A stretch of DNA of 64,000 bases from Colwellia polaris (GCA_047617785.1 JBLGBK010000001.1:65638-129637); one strand, 5' to 3'. Positions 47,691 through 57,472 are shown, counted from the first letter of the stretch. Numbers and translations: made by a program. Notes: generated by a model from the letters alone, not told the origin.

Positions 47691-48200
47691 ATGGAGCTGG
47701 ATTTCAAAACCGTCAAGGCTTTATCATCCCCAACCAGAATAAAAATTCTAAGATTGATTCTGCAGGGAGATTACTCACCTACGGAGATAAGCGGCGAAAT
47801 AGGACGGAGCAAGTCAACAGTATCTTCACACCTAGAAAACCTTCAAGAAGCAGAATTAGTAGAAAAGGATAAGGAAGACGGGCGTAGACGCGTACTTTAC
47901 AGCTCTACAAGAAAAGCTAAGACCATAGTGCAAGGTAAGGAGAGAAAAGTGAAGTTCTCTATCGCTAGCTCGGCGATAACAGGTCTCACTGGTATTGGTC
48001 TCATCGCAAGCGAGAAGATGTCTTTTTCTGAGCCTTCGAATAAAGTAGGTACTATGGGGGCAATGGAGGCTACTAGAGACGCTTCTGAAACAAGTGTTAG
48101 CTGGCTTCCAGAATCTGTGATGTATATCGGTATTTTTCTTATAATAGTATCGCTTGGACTGCTATGTTATGGCGTTGCTATGAAACGGCTTGGCGAATAA
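47691..48200 (+). CDS. ArsR-type wHTH regulator with two C-terminal TM helices
   Basis: KALSSPTRIKIL..SKSTVSSHL..L..A.LV, followed by hydrophobic C-terminal segments. Confidence 0.85.
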   Translation: MELDFKTVKALSSPTRIKILRLILQGDYSPTEISGEIGRSKSTVSSHLENLQEAELVEKDKEDGRRRVLYSSTRKAKTIVQGKERKVKFSIASSAITGLTGIGLIASEKMSFSEPSNKVGTMGAMEATRDASETSVSWLPESVMYIGIFLIIVSLGLLCYGVAMKRLGE

Positions 48201-48350
48201 TCATCAGAGATACTCTGTTGTACGACAGGAAAGTTATTTTTAAGTTTTAGCGGTGCTATCTATGTTAATACGAAGAGAATTTTTAAACACTGGAAAAATT
48301 TAGATGAAACAGCAACTAGCCAATTCTATACCTCAATTGTGAACTCAAAA

Positions 48351-48806
48351 ATGCCATCATGCGAACTATGTGGAAAAACATCCGATTCTCTCACGAAAGT
48401 TAAAATCGAAGGAGCAAAGCTCAACGTCTGCGATTCATGCAGCGATATGGGCGAAAAGATAAAGACTCCAAAGAAAAACAAGAAAAAGAAGAAAAGTAAG
48501 TCAAGAAACAGCACCAAAAGGCGTAAAGAGAAGGTACTGGCTCAAGACTACGGAAAAAAGGTTAAAAAGGCGCGCGAAGAAGAGCAGCTATCGATAAAAG
48601 AAGTCGCAGATGACCTGAACGAGAAAGAATCTCTTATTAAGAAAGTTGAGTCTGCTAAACTGAAGCCAGACAAGGCTCTAGCGCAGAAGATCGGCCACAA
48701 GTTTGATATTGATCTCTACGTTACGCCTGCTGTAAACGACGTTGACACAGACTCGGGCGACACTCGGAAAGCGAAAGTCGGCGACGTAGCGGATATCAAG
48801 GAGTGA
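48351..48806 (+). CDS. mbf1: Archaeal multiprotein bridging factor aMBF1
   Basis: CELCG...IEGA.L.VC..C Zn ribbon and DYG..VK.ARE...HTH...L.PD. Confidence 0.9.
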   Translation: MPSCELCGKTSDSLTKVKIEGAKLNVCDSCSDMGEKIKTPKKNKKKKKSKSRNSTKRRKEKVLAQDYGKKVKKAREEEQLSIKEVADDLNEKESLIKKVESAKLKPDKALAQKIGHKFDIDLYVTPAVNDVDTDSGDTRKAKVGDVADIKE

Positions 48807-49039
48807 AGAACTCCTTTTTTCCGTTACATATAGCTCTAGGGCCATGTATAACAGCTTCATGGCCAAGATTGCATTTCTTTATTTCTGGGCGCTGTTAACC
48901 ATCTCTTTCCCTACATGTTTCTTTAGAGGTTCGACAACTGTTTCCGAGTGCTTCAAGCCACCGTTCCTCCCAGAACTATAACTTCTGGGCTAGAGATATT
49001 TTCAACACTAGATACCGTGTCAAAATTGATATCATTCAT
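48796..49039 (-). pseudogene. Frameshifted C-terminal fragment of a ROK-family (sugar kinase/repressor) gene
   Basis: Three frames join to NISSPEVIVLGGTVA / LKHSETVVEPLKKHVGKEMVNSA / EIKKCNLGHEAVIHG, resembling the ROK C-terminus P..IVLGG...LG..A...G. Confidence 0.5.
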
Positions 49040-49109
49040 TTAGATTTTTTTGCGAAGTTTCTGCATCCTCCTCAATGTAAAAAAGAAAACAGAGAAAGAT
49101 GTAAACAGT

Positions 49110-49517
49110 TTAAAGTTGTTTACTGGATTCTGAGAACAGATACAACCCATAACCTACAATCAGAAAGCTGACTGCAGAAATTCCGTGGAAGAATCCTACC
49201 CACACTCCTGAAGGAATTCCTAGAGACGCAGAGTTTCCCGATACATGCCAGCCAATATGCGGTATATAGGTCAGCAGGTAGACAATTATTCCTAGAGATG
49301 TTACCTCCAGACTTCTTGCTACTTCGCCACCCCAAAGACCGCGGGAACGGTAGATGCCGTAAAATGCAGTTAGAACCGCAGCTCCTTCAACAAATCGGAA
49401 CCATGCTTCTGCACCCACACCGAAATTCATCACGTTCCATATAACGCCGTTCAGGACGGCAGCAGCTATCAAGCCAGTTATCAAGATAACGTCCTCTCTT
49501 GTCGTCTTAAGTTCCAT
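49110..49517 (-). CDS. Four-TM membrane protein of unknown function
   Basis: 135-aa ORF with four hydrophobic segments, a WGG.VA motif and conserved-looking His residues. Confidence 0.65.
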   Translation of the reverse strand: MELKTTREDVILITGLIAAAVLNGVIWNVMNFGVGAEAWFRFVEGAAVLTAFYGIYRSRGLWGGEVARSLEVTSLGIIVYLLTYIPHIGWHVSGNSASLGIPSGVWVGFFHGISAVSFLIVGYGLYLFSESSKQL

Positions 49518-49585
49518 TTACACAGTAAAAATACTTGTTAACCGATTAATAAATATGCAGGATAGCGCCAAAGTTAATTTAGAAG

Positions 49586-49674
49586 CGCCGGGGCCGGGAT
49601 TTGAACCCGGGTGGGTCGTAATGACCCAATGGCTTAGCAAGCCACCGCGTTGAACCAAACTCTGCCACCCCGAC
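49586..49674 (-). tRNA. tRNA-Ser (GCT), long variable arm
   Basis: GTCGGGG/CCCCGGC acceptor stem, GTGGC-TTGCTAA-GCCAT anticodon arm, GGTTCAAATCC T-arm. Confidence 0.95.
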
Positions 49675-49796
49675 TTTATCCAGTAATTCTGTTTTGTTGT
49701 ATTAATGTTTAAGTATAGGCCGGAATCCGGTTGGTTTTCGTGGGAAGTATTTAAATTACTTCGAGAGTATTTTGTTTCCATAGAAGTGGTAAAATA

Positions 49797-50078
49797 ATGT
49801 CGGAAAATATACTGGATTTTTCAGAGGTCGCGGATAAGCAAGTATACACGAATAAAGGAGCATACTGCGGGAAGCTAAAGGATGTAGAGCTTAATCTTGG
49901 AAAGTTCGCAGTCCGAGCTATTGTTGTGGCCGCTGAGAAAGGTAGCTATCTAGCTCAAAAGGTCGGAGGAACTAAAAACGTCGTTATACCATACAGAATG
50001 GTTCAATCCGTTGACGACGTACTTATAATCAAAGACTTCCAGACAAGCGACGTTAACGATGGCAAGGAAGAGAAATAA
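49797..50078 (+). CDS. PRC-barrel protein (CdpB-like cell-division family)
   Basis: K.VYT..G.Y.G...DV....VVIPY..V.SV.DV.II motif. Confidence 0.85.
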   Translation: MSENILDFSEVADKQVYTNKGAYCGKLKDVELNLGKFAVRAIVVAAEKGSYLAQKVGGTKNVVIPYRMVQSVDDVLIIKDFQTSDVNDGKEEK

Positions 50079-50137
50079 CATCTTCCTTTCCTAAATAGAG
50101 CTCTCTTTCTTTTCTAAGGCTTCAACGGACGATATTA

Positions 50138-50434
50138 ATGATTGAGATACTAATAGGTTTCATATATCAGTGGATTGTTGCTTCATGGCTTATATCCTCG
50201 ATATTAGTAAAATACTTTCTTCTAGGAATCCTAGGCTATGAAATAGTAGTGCAGAAAAATTCTGCAGAGAAAATAAAAGAGGATTTTATCAAGCACAGCT
50301 ATTATTTCGTTAGTCTGCTTGTTGGAATCGGCTTAATTATTTCTCTTACAGGGCTTAATCCCAAACCGGGTTTCCCAGTTATAGGAGAAATTACAGCTCT
50401 AGGCTTCTACGCGTATCTTTTTTGGGAATACTAA
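50138..50434 (+). CDS. Small membrane protein
   Basis: 98-aa ORF with 3 hydrophobic segments. Confidence 0.6.
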   Translation: MIEILIGFIYQWIVASWLISSILVKYFLLGILGYEIVVQKNSAEKIKEDFIKHSYYFVSLLVGIGLIISLTGLNPKPGFPVIGEITALGFYAYLFWEY

Positions 50435-50757
50435 TCTAGTTTTTCCTCTACCTGGTTATACCAATCATCCAGTGTCTCTAAAGTAATTTGTTTCAGCTGA
50501 TCAATAGGAAGAGTTGTATAAACGTAGTAGACCGTCTTATCCGTTTTCCCTTCACGCATCAAAAGATCTTTATCCAACATTTCCTGAAGAGCTCTCTGAA
50601 CTGTTGAACGATTCCTATCTACCTTGTCAGAAATTTCCTTGACCGTTAACTGACGTTGCTCAAGTTTGTGGAAGATTTCCTGCTGAAGATCGTTGAGATC
50701 GAAGACCTCAAACATAATATCCTGTTCGTCTTTATCGTCTAATTGCAGGAACTCCAT
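50431..50757 (-). CDS. TrmB/MarR-like wHTH regulator
   Basis: LTVKEIS..VDR.RSTVQRALQ.M....L..R......YYVY motif. Confidence 0.85.
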   Translation of the reverse strand: MEFLQLDDKDEQDIMFEVFDLNDLQQEIFHKLEQRQLTVKEISDKVDRNRSTVQRALQEMLDKDLLMREGKTDKTVYYVYTTLPIDQLKQITLETLDDWYNQVEEKLD

Positions 50758-50807
50758 TACAACTAGAAAGAGTGCCGGTTATTAATAAAAAATGAACTGT
50801 TCCTAGA

Positions 50808-51113
50808 TCATTCTGAACCGGCATCGCCGGTTTCATCAATCCTTGAACCATATTTCTCCAGCGATTTCTGAAGTGCTTTATCAGCATCTATTTCCAGATC
50901 TGAGGCGAGCGATAGAAGTGAAAAAAGCGCATCACCGATTTCATCCTCTTTAACCTCCAAATTCTCTTCATTCATACCATATTCTGAGGACTTAGCAGCA
51001 TCAGACGCTATTTCTCCGATCTCCGCCATAACATCTATCAGTCGGAAAGCCGTCGTTGCGTTCATCTCATTTTCTTCCAGAAACTGTTCCACCTTCTCTT
51101 GATTTGATCTCAT
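50808..51113 (-). CDS. MazG-like NTP pyrophosphohydrolase
   Basis: E.GE.A and DEIGD.LF.L..LA....D...AL...L.KY motifs. Confidence 0.85.
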   Translation of the reverse strand: MRSNQEKVEQFLEENEMNATTAFRLIDVMAEIGEIASDAAKSSEYGMNEENLEVKEDEIGDALFSLLSLASDLEIDADKALQKSLEKYGSRIDETGDAGSE

Positions 51114-51175
51114 AAATTTAGTCACCTAGTTCTTCAAACATTTGTTTTGCGCTTTCTACCACACTCGCCGCAAAC

Positions 51176-52039
51176 TTAAACATCAATGATACCATTCCGG
51201 GCTGCGTGGAAGATGTATTCTTGTGCATAGCCAGAGTATTCTCCGAAGTATTCTCTCATATTTCTGGAGACTTCATCATAGTCGCCGGAGTGAAGGTCAG
51301 GGTAGTTTTCCTTGAGAGCTTTGTCTGCCCAGGTGTCGATTGGGTATGCTTCGTAAAACCCTTTTGAAAATAGCAGGATGCAATCTGCCACCTTATCGCC
51401 GACACCATAGAGCTGCTTCATGTACTCTCTCGCATCTTCGTAGTCCATCTCGTCCATCTCCTCGTGGTTGAAATCGCCTTGAAGGATGTCCATCGTTTCA
51501 ACGATGTACTTTGCTCGGTAACCTGTGCCTAATTCACGTAGTTCTTCTTCAGTCGCTTCCGCGAGTTCTTCCGGTGTCGGAAATCTGAGAAGTTCTCTGC
51601 CGTTTACGTCTACCGTTTCACCATACTCTCTTGCTATACTATTGTGCATCTTCTTGATACGCGGTATTCGCATCTGAGGCGACAGGAGATAACTGATCAT
51701 GCATGGAAAGAAACCGTCCTGAACGATTCTTAGACCCCAGAGTTCCTCCCTGGCTTTTTCTAGATTTTCATCTTCAGGGAAAGTACTGAATATCTCATTA
51801 AGATCCGAGTGCAGCCCCAACGCTTCTTCTACTTCTTCACGTCGAAGATCTGTTTCCGCTACTATTTCACCATCATCTTTTTGCTCTACAATTAATGGTT
51901 TCTGATTCCTGAAAGTATAGAAATGCGGTTTGCCATCTTCGTACAGTTTTCCGTCAATCCTGTGCCAGCAGAATGTTTGGCCGCAGGTCATAGTCTCCTC
52001 TAAATCGAAGTCCTCTGAACGAAGAGTTATTTTCTGCAT
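51176..52039 (-). CDS. ogg1: 8-oxoguanine DNA glycosylase (OGG1-type HhH-GPD)
   Basis: FDL..T..CGQ.F.W, GLRI, FPTPE.LA, G.GYRAKY, GVGDKVADC and PIDTW motifs. Confidence 0.9.
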   Translation of the reverse strand: MQKITLRSEDFDLEETMTCGQTFCWHRIDGKLYEDGKPHFYTFRNQKPLIVEQKDDGEIVAETDLRREEVEEALGLHSDLNEIFSTFPEDENLEKAREELWGLRIVQDGFFPCMISYLLSPQMRIPRIKKMHNSIAREYGETVDVNGRELLRFPTPEELAEATEEELRELGTGYRAKYIVETMDILQGDFNHEEMDEMDYEDAREYMKQLYGVGDKVADCILLFSKGFYEAYPIDTWADKALKENYPDLHSGDYDEVSRNMREYFGEYSGYAQEYIFHAARNGIIDV

Positions 52040-52211
52040 GAATAAGGAAAGAGAGGTTAAGAGTGATAAGTCAATTGAAGATTACAGAGTCTTCATCAGT
52101 CGATCTCCACTAGTAGTTGGAATCTCTCTTCTGCAGTACTGGGCATGCATAGTGCTGTTATCTGGTGTAAACTGGCAGTTGAAGCAATCTTCTCCATCTT
52201 TTATACGTTTT

Positions 52212-52391
52212 TTAATCTGAATTACTGTCGCTTCGGGAGTACTTGAAGAAACCTTGATTACTTTTCTTTTTGTTCGTCTTCTTGGCATCTCTCTTCAGGT
52301 AACTTCTGCCGCAGCTGTGGCATTTAACGCGTTTCTGCGCTTTGCTTCTCTGCTTATAACCGCAGTCTGGACACTGATAGAATACTGCCAT
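52212..52391 (-). CDS. Small basic Zn-ribbon protein
   Basis: CPDCG and CHSCG with a basic tail. Confidence 0.7.
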   Translation of the reverse strand: MAVFYQCPDCGYKQRSKAQKRVKCHSCGRSYLKRDAKKTNKKKSNQGFFKYSRSDSNSD

Positions 52392-52521
52392 CTTCAACGA
52401 AAAATATAGCGTGGAAAATATTAAAGCCTTGAGACTGCTCTTTTTCTTGATTCGTAGACAGGTGAAGAGTTCATCCCTTCTCTGTACTCCAAAATGAAAA
52501 CCTTGTTGGCAGGTTTACATC

Positions 52522-53523
52522 TTATAGCTCATCATAGTGGTTTTTGAAAACTATAAGCGAAGATTTGAATACCCCTATCGCTATAGGCCCTACAAAAAGC
52601 CCTGCTATACCGAAAACATACAATCCTCCTATAACACCAACAAGGATGACTGCAGGATGTAGATCCGCACCTCGATCCACAATCAGAGGTCTAAGGAAAT
52701 TATCAACCAGATTTACAATTAAGAATCCGTATATGGCTAGAAGTATGGCTGCGCTCGGTCGGCCGATTAAGAAAAGGTAGGCGGCCGCAGGACCCCATAC
52801 AAGAGTTGTTCCTATAACCGGTATGAATGCAAGTATAACCATTATGAACGTCCAGAAACCCCAGTTAGGTACTCCTGTAACAACCAAACCTAGGCCGGCT
52901 ACAGCCCCCTGTATGAATGCAACAAAAACATGGCCTTTAACGACAGCCCAAGTGGTTTTCTCAATTCTAACAACCATCATATCCTGTAAATCGGTTGGCA
53001 TAGGTGTTACGGCTTTCACCCATTTCAGAAGCCTATTTCCATCTTTCAGAAGATAGAATATCAGGAAAATCATGAAGAATATGCCTACTGAGAAGTGCGT
53101 AACGACAGAGAATATTTCTGATACTCCTCCAAAGGTTATATCCGACATTCCCGACAGCAGATTATTTGAAACATCATTCAAGCTTACCTCTTGGCCTGTA
53201 TAGTCTTCTATGAACTGTTCAGCCTGCGTCACATTTATTACATCAGATTCATTTAGGTCCTGAGAGAGTTGTGTGGCATCCTCTATAACTACAAGCGATA
53301 TGAAAAGGAAAGGTATAACAGCTAAAAGTATTGTTAGAGTTAAAACAAAGCCTGCTGAGATATGAGCGCCTAGATAAGGGTTTAATCTGCTGTAAAGAGG
53401 ATATGAGACAAAAGCCAGTATAATTGCAACCAGTATGAAACCGGAGAAAGGCTCTAACATCAGAAACGTGATGAAACCTAGCACAAGAATAAGAGATAAG
53501 AGAAACCCTTTCCTCAGATTCAT
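52522..53523 (-). CDS. AI-2E family transporter
   Basis: FYLLKDG, IP.IG..LVW.P, DN.LRP and G..G.F.GP motifs. Confidence 0.92.
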   Translation of the reverse strand: MNLRKGFLLSLILVLGFITFLMLEPFSGFILVAIILAFVSYPLYSRLNPYLGAHISAGFVLTLTILLAVIPFLFISLVVIEDATQLSQDLNESDVINVTQAEQFIEDYTGQEVSLNDVSNNLLSGMSDITFGGVSEIFSVVTHFSVGIFFMIFLIFYLLKDGNRLLKWVKAVTPMPTDLQDMMVVRIEKTTWAVVKGHVFVAFIQGAVAGLGLVVTGVPNWGFWTFIMVILAFIPVIGTTLVWGPAAAYLFLIGRPSAAILLAIYGFLIVNLVDNFLRPLIVDRGADLHPAVILVGVIGGLYVFGIAGLFVGPIAIGVFKSSLIVFKNHYDEL

Positions 53524-53615
53524 AATAGGAAATTTTTACACCGAGCTACATAAAAATACCGCGACTTCCAAGAAAGGTAATCAATACCAGTACGATCAAT
53601 CAAGGTAAAAAGATA

Positions 53616-53744
53616 AAGGCGCGAACAGAAGTTTGTAAGGATGTACGCCCGGAATTAGCCCTGTTATTGCGCCGGCGCCCCTCTCAGGCAGCACAAAGAA
53701 GAGTTCATTCATCACTTGCTGACAGATTTTTTCTGCGCCCTTAC
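53616..53744. ncRNA. Unassigned structured RNA candidate
   Basis: Locally GC-richer intergenic segment with complementary ends (GGCGC/GCGCC, GTAAGG/CCTTAC) and internal pairs. The minus strand carries GTGATGA...CTGA. Confidence 0.35.
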
Positions 53745-53779
53745 TAATTAAAGTTTGCAACACGATCTGTTTTCCTGTT

Positions 53780-54088
53780 ATGTTTGGCGGACAAAACATG
53801 TCGAAGATGATGAAGCAGATGGGAATGGATATGGATGAAATCGATGCTGATAAGGTGACTGTAGAGATCGGCGATAAGAAACTAGTCTTCAAGAACCCAG
53901 ACTTGTCAAAGATTGAGGCACAAGGCCAAGAGATTTTCCAACTGCAGGGCGATTACACTGAAGAAGAATCTGTTAATGAGGACGACGTAAATCTTGTTAT
54001 GGAAAAGACAGATGCGTCCCGTGAAGAAGCTATTGAGGCGCTCGAAGAGAACGAGGATGTCGCTTCAGCAGTAATGAGCCTTCAATAA
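53780..54088 (+). CDS. nac: Nascent polypeptide-associated complex (archaeal NAC)
   Basis: MMKQMG.DM.E..A..V.I and a C-terminal UBA-like EDDV.LVM...A..AL.....D.A.A..L. Confidence 0.92.
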   Translation: MFGGQNMSKMMKQMGMDMDEIDADKVTVEIGDKKLVFKNPDLSKIEAQGQEIFQLQGDYTEEESVNEDDVNLVMEKTDASREEAIEALEENEDVASAVMSLQ

Positions 54089-54115
54089 GAGAAAAAATAT
54101 TTTTTACCTCTATTT

Positions 54116-54901
54116 TTACTTTCTAAAAGATCTGAGAACAACTTTATCGTATAGCCTATCAGGCATTATGCTTCTAAACTTCGGGAATATAGACGATCCT
54201 CTACCAACCTTGTAACGCGTCTTCGGATTCTCGGCGATAGCTGCTTCGGCAACTTTACGTCCTGCTTTAACAGGGCTTTCCCCATTTAGAGGAGAGTCTT
54301 CCATCAAGTCTTCATAGTCATCGGCGTAAATAGAGTCAGGAACGTACTTGATCAATGCTTGACGTGCTGTGCTGTTGAAACCTGTATTGAAAGCTCCTGG
54401 CTCAACTATAACCACGTCAACATCGAAACGTCCTACCTCCATTCTTAATGCATCGCTTATGGCCTCTATAGAGTGTTTAGTTGCACTGTAAACACCATAG
54501 TATGGCATGGAAACCTTTCCAGCTACAGAAGACATATTAATTATTCTGCCATTTCTTTCACGTAGCATCGGCATCGATTCTCTGATGAAATTCAGTGTTC
54601 CGAAGACATTTGGCTTGAAGATAGATTCAACTGTTTCAGCACTCATATCTTCTATAGAACCTAGTTCGTAGTAAGCAGCACAGTTAATCAAAATATCAAA
54701 CTCTTCTTGATTCACGACATATTCAACACGGTCTTCGTCGCATACATCGCCGTGATAGGTAGTTACCTCATCAGGCATTTTATCTAGAGCTTCTTTATCT
54801 ATATCAAATCCTTTAACTTCATGTCCTTCGGATAGGAGTACTTCTGTCGTTGCTTTTCCTATCCCGGAAGCTATACCAGTAATGAAGATCTTCATCTGCA
54901 A
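54116..54901 (-). CDS. Short-chain dehydrogenase/reductase
   Basis: TGIASGIG, SSVAG, YSATK and VEPG motifs. Confidence 0.92.
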   Translation of the reverse strand: MQMKIFITGIASGIGKATTEVLLSEGHEVKGFDIDKEALDKMPDEVTTYHGDVCDEDRVEYVVNQEEFDILINCAAYYELGSIEDMSAETVESIFKPNVFGTLNFIRESMPMLRERNGRIINMSSVAGKVSMPYYGVYSATKHSIEAISDALRMEVGRFDVDVVIVEPGAFNTGFNSTARQALIKYVPDSIYADDYEDLMEDSPLNGESPVKAGRKVAEAAIAENPKTRYKVGRGSSIFPKFRSIMPDRLYDKVVLRSFRK

Positions 54902-54947
54902 GTTCTATAGAAAAGTATAGAAAGATCGAGGTTTAACTTTACCCCTT

Positions 54948-56540
54948 CTAGTTTGACTCGAAATGCTCTAGGATCTTGGCATATGCTGGCCTGGTGATTG
55001 CAATACCAATCAGAATGCCGACAATCGTTGTTACTGCGAAACCTCGTACATCCTGAAGTGCGTAGCTACTTGTTGAAACTCTTGAAATTATAAATGATAC
55101 AAGCACTGCTGCAACCCCTATACCCATCATGTGCAGGTTACGTGAGCGCTTGTACGCCATATAGAGGAGAATTGATGCGCCTGCAACTCCTACGAGCACG
55201 TTAACTTGCGTAGGGTTGATCAGCGGAAGCATAGCTCCTATTGTTGAAGCTGCTGAGGTGAAGATTGCAAAGAATGCGTTCTTGATTTTTTTACGCCAGT
55301 CTGTTAACGCTTCTTTCTCTGATTCATCCTTGATTATAATCTGATCGTCGACACCAGTACCAACCGCGGCTATTATCCCTGCTATAGAGGCCAGGTTAAG
55401 TGTTGCAACTGTTGAGAACCATGCACCTAACAGGATCAGTACTTCAGAAGATCCTGTAATAACGATCGGGATGGAAGTTGATAGACTGCGGTATCGGAAG
55501 TGGACTAGCGCGCCTGTCGCAGCAACAGCCGCTATTATAGACGCAAATGCTGCAACCATAAACTGAGATCCTCTTTGAGCTGAATAGGTCGAGTTTCTCT
55601 CAACTTCAACAGGATATTCGAGTCTTCCTGAACTCAATATCGCCTGAAGCTGCCGCATGTTGGAACGAGCCTCTTCCTGGGTTTCACCGCTTCCAGTAAT
55701 GTATGGGCGTGTAACCGCGCTGTCAGCGAAGCTTGCAGCTACGGTAAGTGAGTTTCTCAGTTCGTTGTCGACATATAATTTCTGGAGAGCTGGTTCTCCA
55801 TTCGGCATCTGTAGCCGCCCTCCTGTAGGACCCGCATAGTTCTGGAATACCCTCTGTGCTTCATCAGCAGCATCTGCGTTAAGCACGATTGGGAATTCAA
55901 ATCTGTACTGTCCTCCTTGAGAGGTAACTCTTGCATCAGAGTTTACAACCGTAGATACATCCTGACCGTCGTAGGCGACTGCTTCCAAGTTTGCGTAGTT
56001 TTCAGTATTGTTAATGTATCTGAAACGAGTATTCTCCAGTGTGAAGTTTTCTCCCGGACTATAAGTTGTATTGTTTACGTTTACTGTGTTGTTGTTTCTT
56101 TCGAAGGTGTAACTGTTTTCTAGTTCGTAGGTCAGGCTATCGTATACATTTATCGGCATTCTTGCCTCGAAGCTTCCTTCTTGAGTTAGTACGTCTTCGA
56201 TCTGATCAGGGTTATTTGTTGCTGCTTCGACCTGGATGTTCCAAGTATCTCCGATCTGGACTGTTTGAACCTCTGACTGGGTAAGCCCTAGGCCAGATAC
56301 TCTGCTTTGGAGTATAGTTGCTATGCTCTCAGCATCCTCTTGGGTTACGTTGTCCTTATCTATCGATACAAGAACGCTTACTCCTCCCTGTATTTCGAGC
56401 CCTCTATTCAGGTTGGTTTCCATAACTGGTTCTCCCTGCTCGTTTGTAGTTGTCGTAGGGCTGAGTAAAGATACTGATGCAATTATTGCAATTAGAAGAA
56501 CCCATATTCTCCATTCCTTGAGTAGTGGTTTCAGATCCAT
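54948..56540 (-). CDS. secD: Protein-export membrane protein SecD
   Basis: GLEIQGG, L.SG.L, IAGII..VGTGVDDQIII and RGFA.TT motifs. Confidence 0.92.
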   Translation of the reverse strand: MDLKPLLKEWRIWVLLIAIIASVSLLSPTTTTNEQGEPVMETNLNRGLEIQGGVSVLVSIDKDNVTQEDAESIATILQSRVSGLGLTQSEVQTVQIGDTWNIQVEAATNNPDQIEDVLTQEGSFEARMPINVYDSLTYELENSYTFERNNNTVNVNNTTYSPGENFTLENTRFRYINNTENYANLEAVAYDGQDVSTVVNSDARVTSQGGQYRFEFPIVLNADAADEAQRVFQNYAGPTGGRLQMPNGEPALQKLYVDNELRNSLTVAASFADSAVTRPYITGSGETQEEARSNMRQLQAILSSGRLEYPVEVERNSTYSAQRGSQFMVAAFASIIAAVAATGALVHFRYRSLSTSIPIVITGSSEVLILLGAWFSTVATLNLASIAGIIAAVGTGVDDQIIIKDESEKEALTDWRKKIKNAFFAIFTSAASTIGAMLPLINPTQVNVLVGVAGASILLYMAYKRSRNLHMMGIGVAAVLVSFIISRVSTSSYALQDVRGFAVTTIVGILIGIAITRPAYAKILEHFESN

Positions 56541-57472
56541 GGTATTTTGCCTCCTATGTCTTCAAAGTCTCCATTTACGTATTTGCTTAGAATTACCCCA
56601 TTACCAAAGTAGGTAAGCGGGATGTCGGCCATGAGGCCGATAACCACAACTGAGGATATTCGTGAGAGTTCTGTGGGGCCTACTATAGACATCGATGCCA
56701 GGTAAAGTAGCGTGAATCCTGCTATGCCTCCGGAGCTCATTGTTATTCCTGTTTTAGTTGCGCTCCAGAGTTTTTCTCTTACTTTGCCTCTTCTCTGTTT
56801 CAGTACTCTTAGAGACATTACGATATCAGTGTCAACCGAGTATCCTATAAGCATTAGAAGTGCTGCAACCGATCCAAGGGTTAGAGGTATGTTGAATGCA
56901 ACCATTCCTGCTGCTGCGATTAGTATATCTCCGCTTGCTGCGAATACCACTGCTGCTGCAGGTATAAAGTCTCTAAATGCTGTGAAAATTACTAAGCTCA
57001 TTATCATGAACGCTAGAACAAATGCAATCTGTGCTTGGAAAAGGAATTCTGCTCCGATTAACCCAGAGAGCGCTATCAGTTCCTGAACCTGTCCCTGTAT
57101 ACCTGCCTGATCTAGTATTTGTTTTACTTGTGTTTCACTTTCAAGATTTGGTGGTGGCAGCGTTATAGCAACCTGGTTATCTGCGTTAGATTGTACTCTT
57201 ACATCTACATCGTTTGGCTGCCAATCATAGCCTTCAGCGTTGACAAAGGCTTGTTCAACTTGTTCAGGAGTGCTTGAATCATTTATGGTGAAAAGTACTT
57301 CTGTTCCTCCTGTAAAGTCTGTTCCTTTTTCGAATACTTGTCCGTTTGCTAGAAAGCTTCCTCCTATAACCAGTAGAGATAGTAAAATAAGTGCTACAGG
57401 AACTGCAAAGTAGCGATCATAGTCTTCATAGATTCTGTCAAACTGATCTTTTGGATTAATATCCAGATTCAT
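56531..57472 (-). CDS. secF: Protein-export membrane protein SecF
   Basis: G.DFTGG, AALLMLIGYSVDTDI and TG.TM motifs. Confidence 0.92.
   Translation of the reverse strand: MNLDINPKDQFDRIYEDYDRYFAVPVALILLSLLVIGGSFLANGQVFEKGTDFTGGTEVLFTINDSSTPEQVEQAFVNAEGYDWQPNDVDVRVQSNADNQVAITLPPPNLESETQVKQILDQAGIQGQVQELIALSGLIGAEFLFQAQIAFVLAFMIMSLVIFTAFRDFIPAAAVVFAASGDILIAAAGMVAFNIPLTLGSVAALLMLIGYSVDTDIVMSLRVLKQRRGKVREKLWSATKTGITMSSGGIAGFTLLYLASMSIVGPTELSRISSVVVIGLMADIPLTYFGNGVILSKYVNGDFEDIGGKIPWI

Noticed and set aside
52082-52288. 68-aa ORF with a CxxC motif
   Set aside because: It overlaps the better-supported Zn-ribbon gene in another frame, and there is not enough evidence to call it.
53635-53744. Resemblance to TPP or c-di-AMP riboswitch, 5S rRNA or RNase P RNA
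   Set aside because: Only short fragments match (CTGAGA, GCTAA, ACAGAA), and the core consensus elements are missing.
53596-53892. 98-aa minus-strand ORF
   Set aside because: It overlaps nac antisense, has non-acidic composition and shows no motif.
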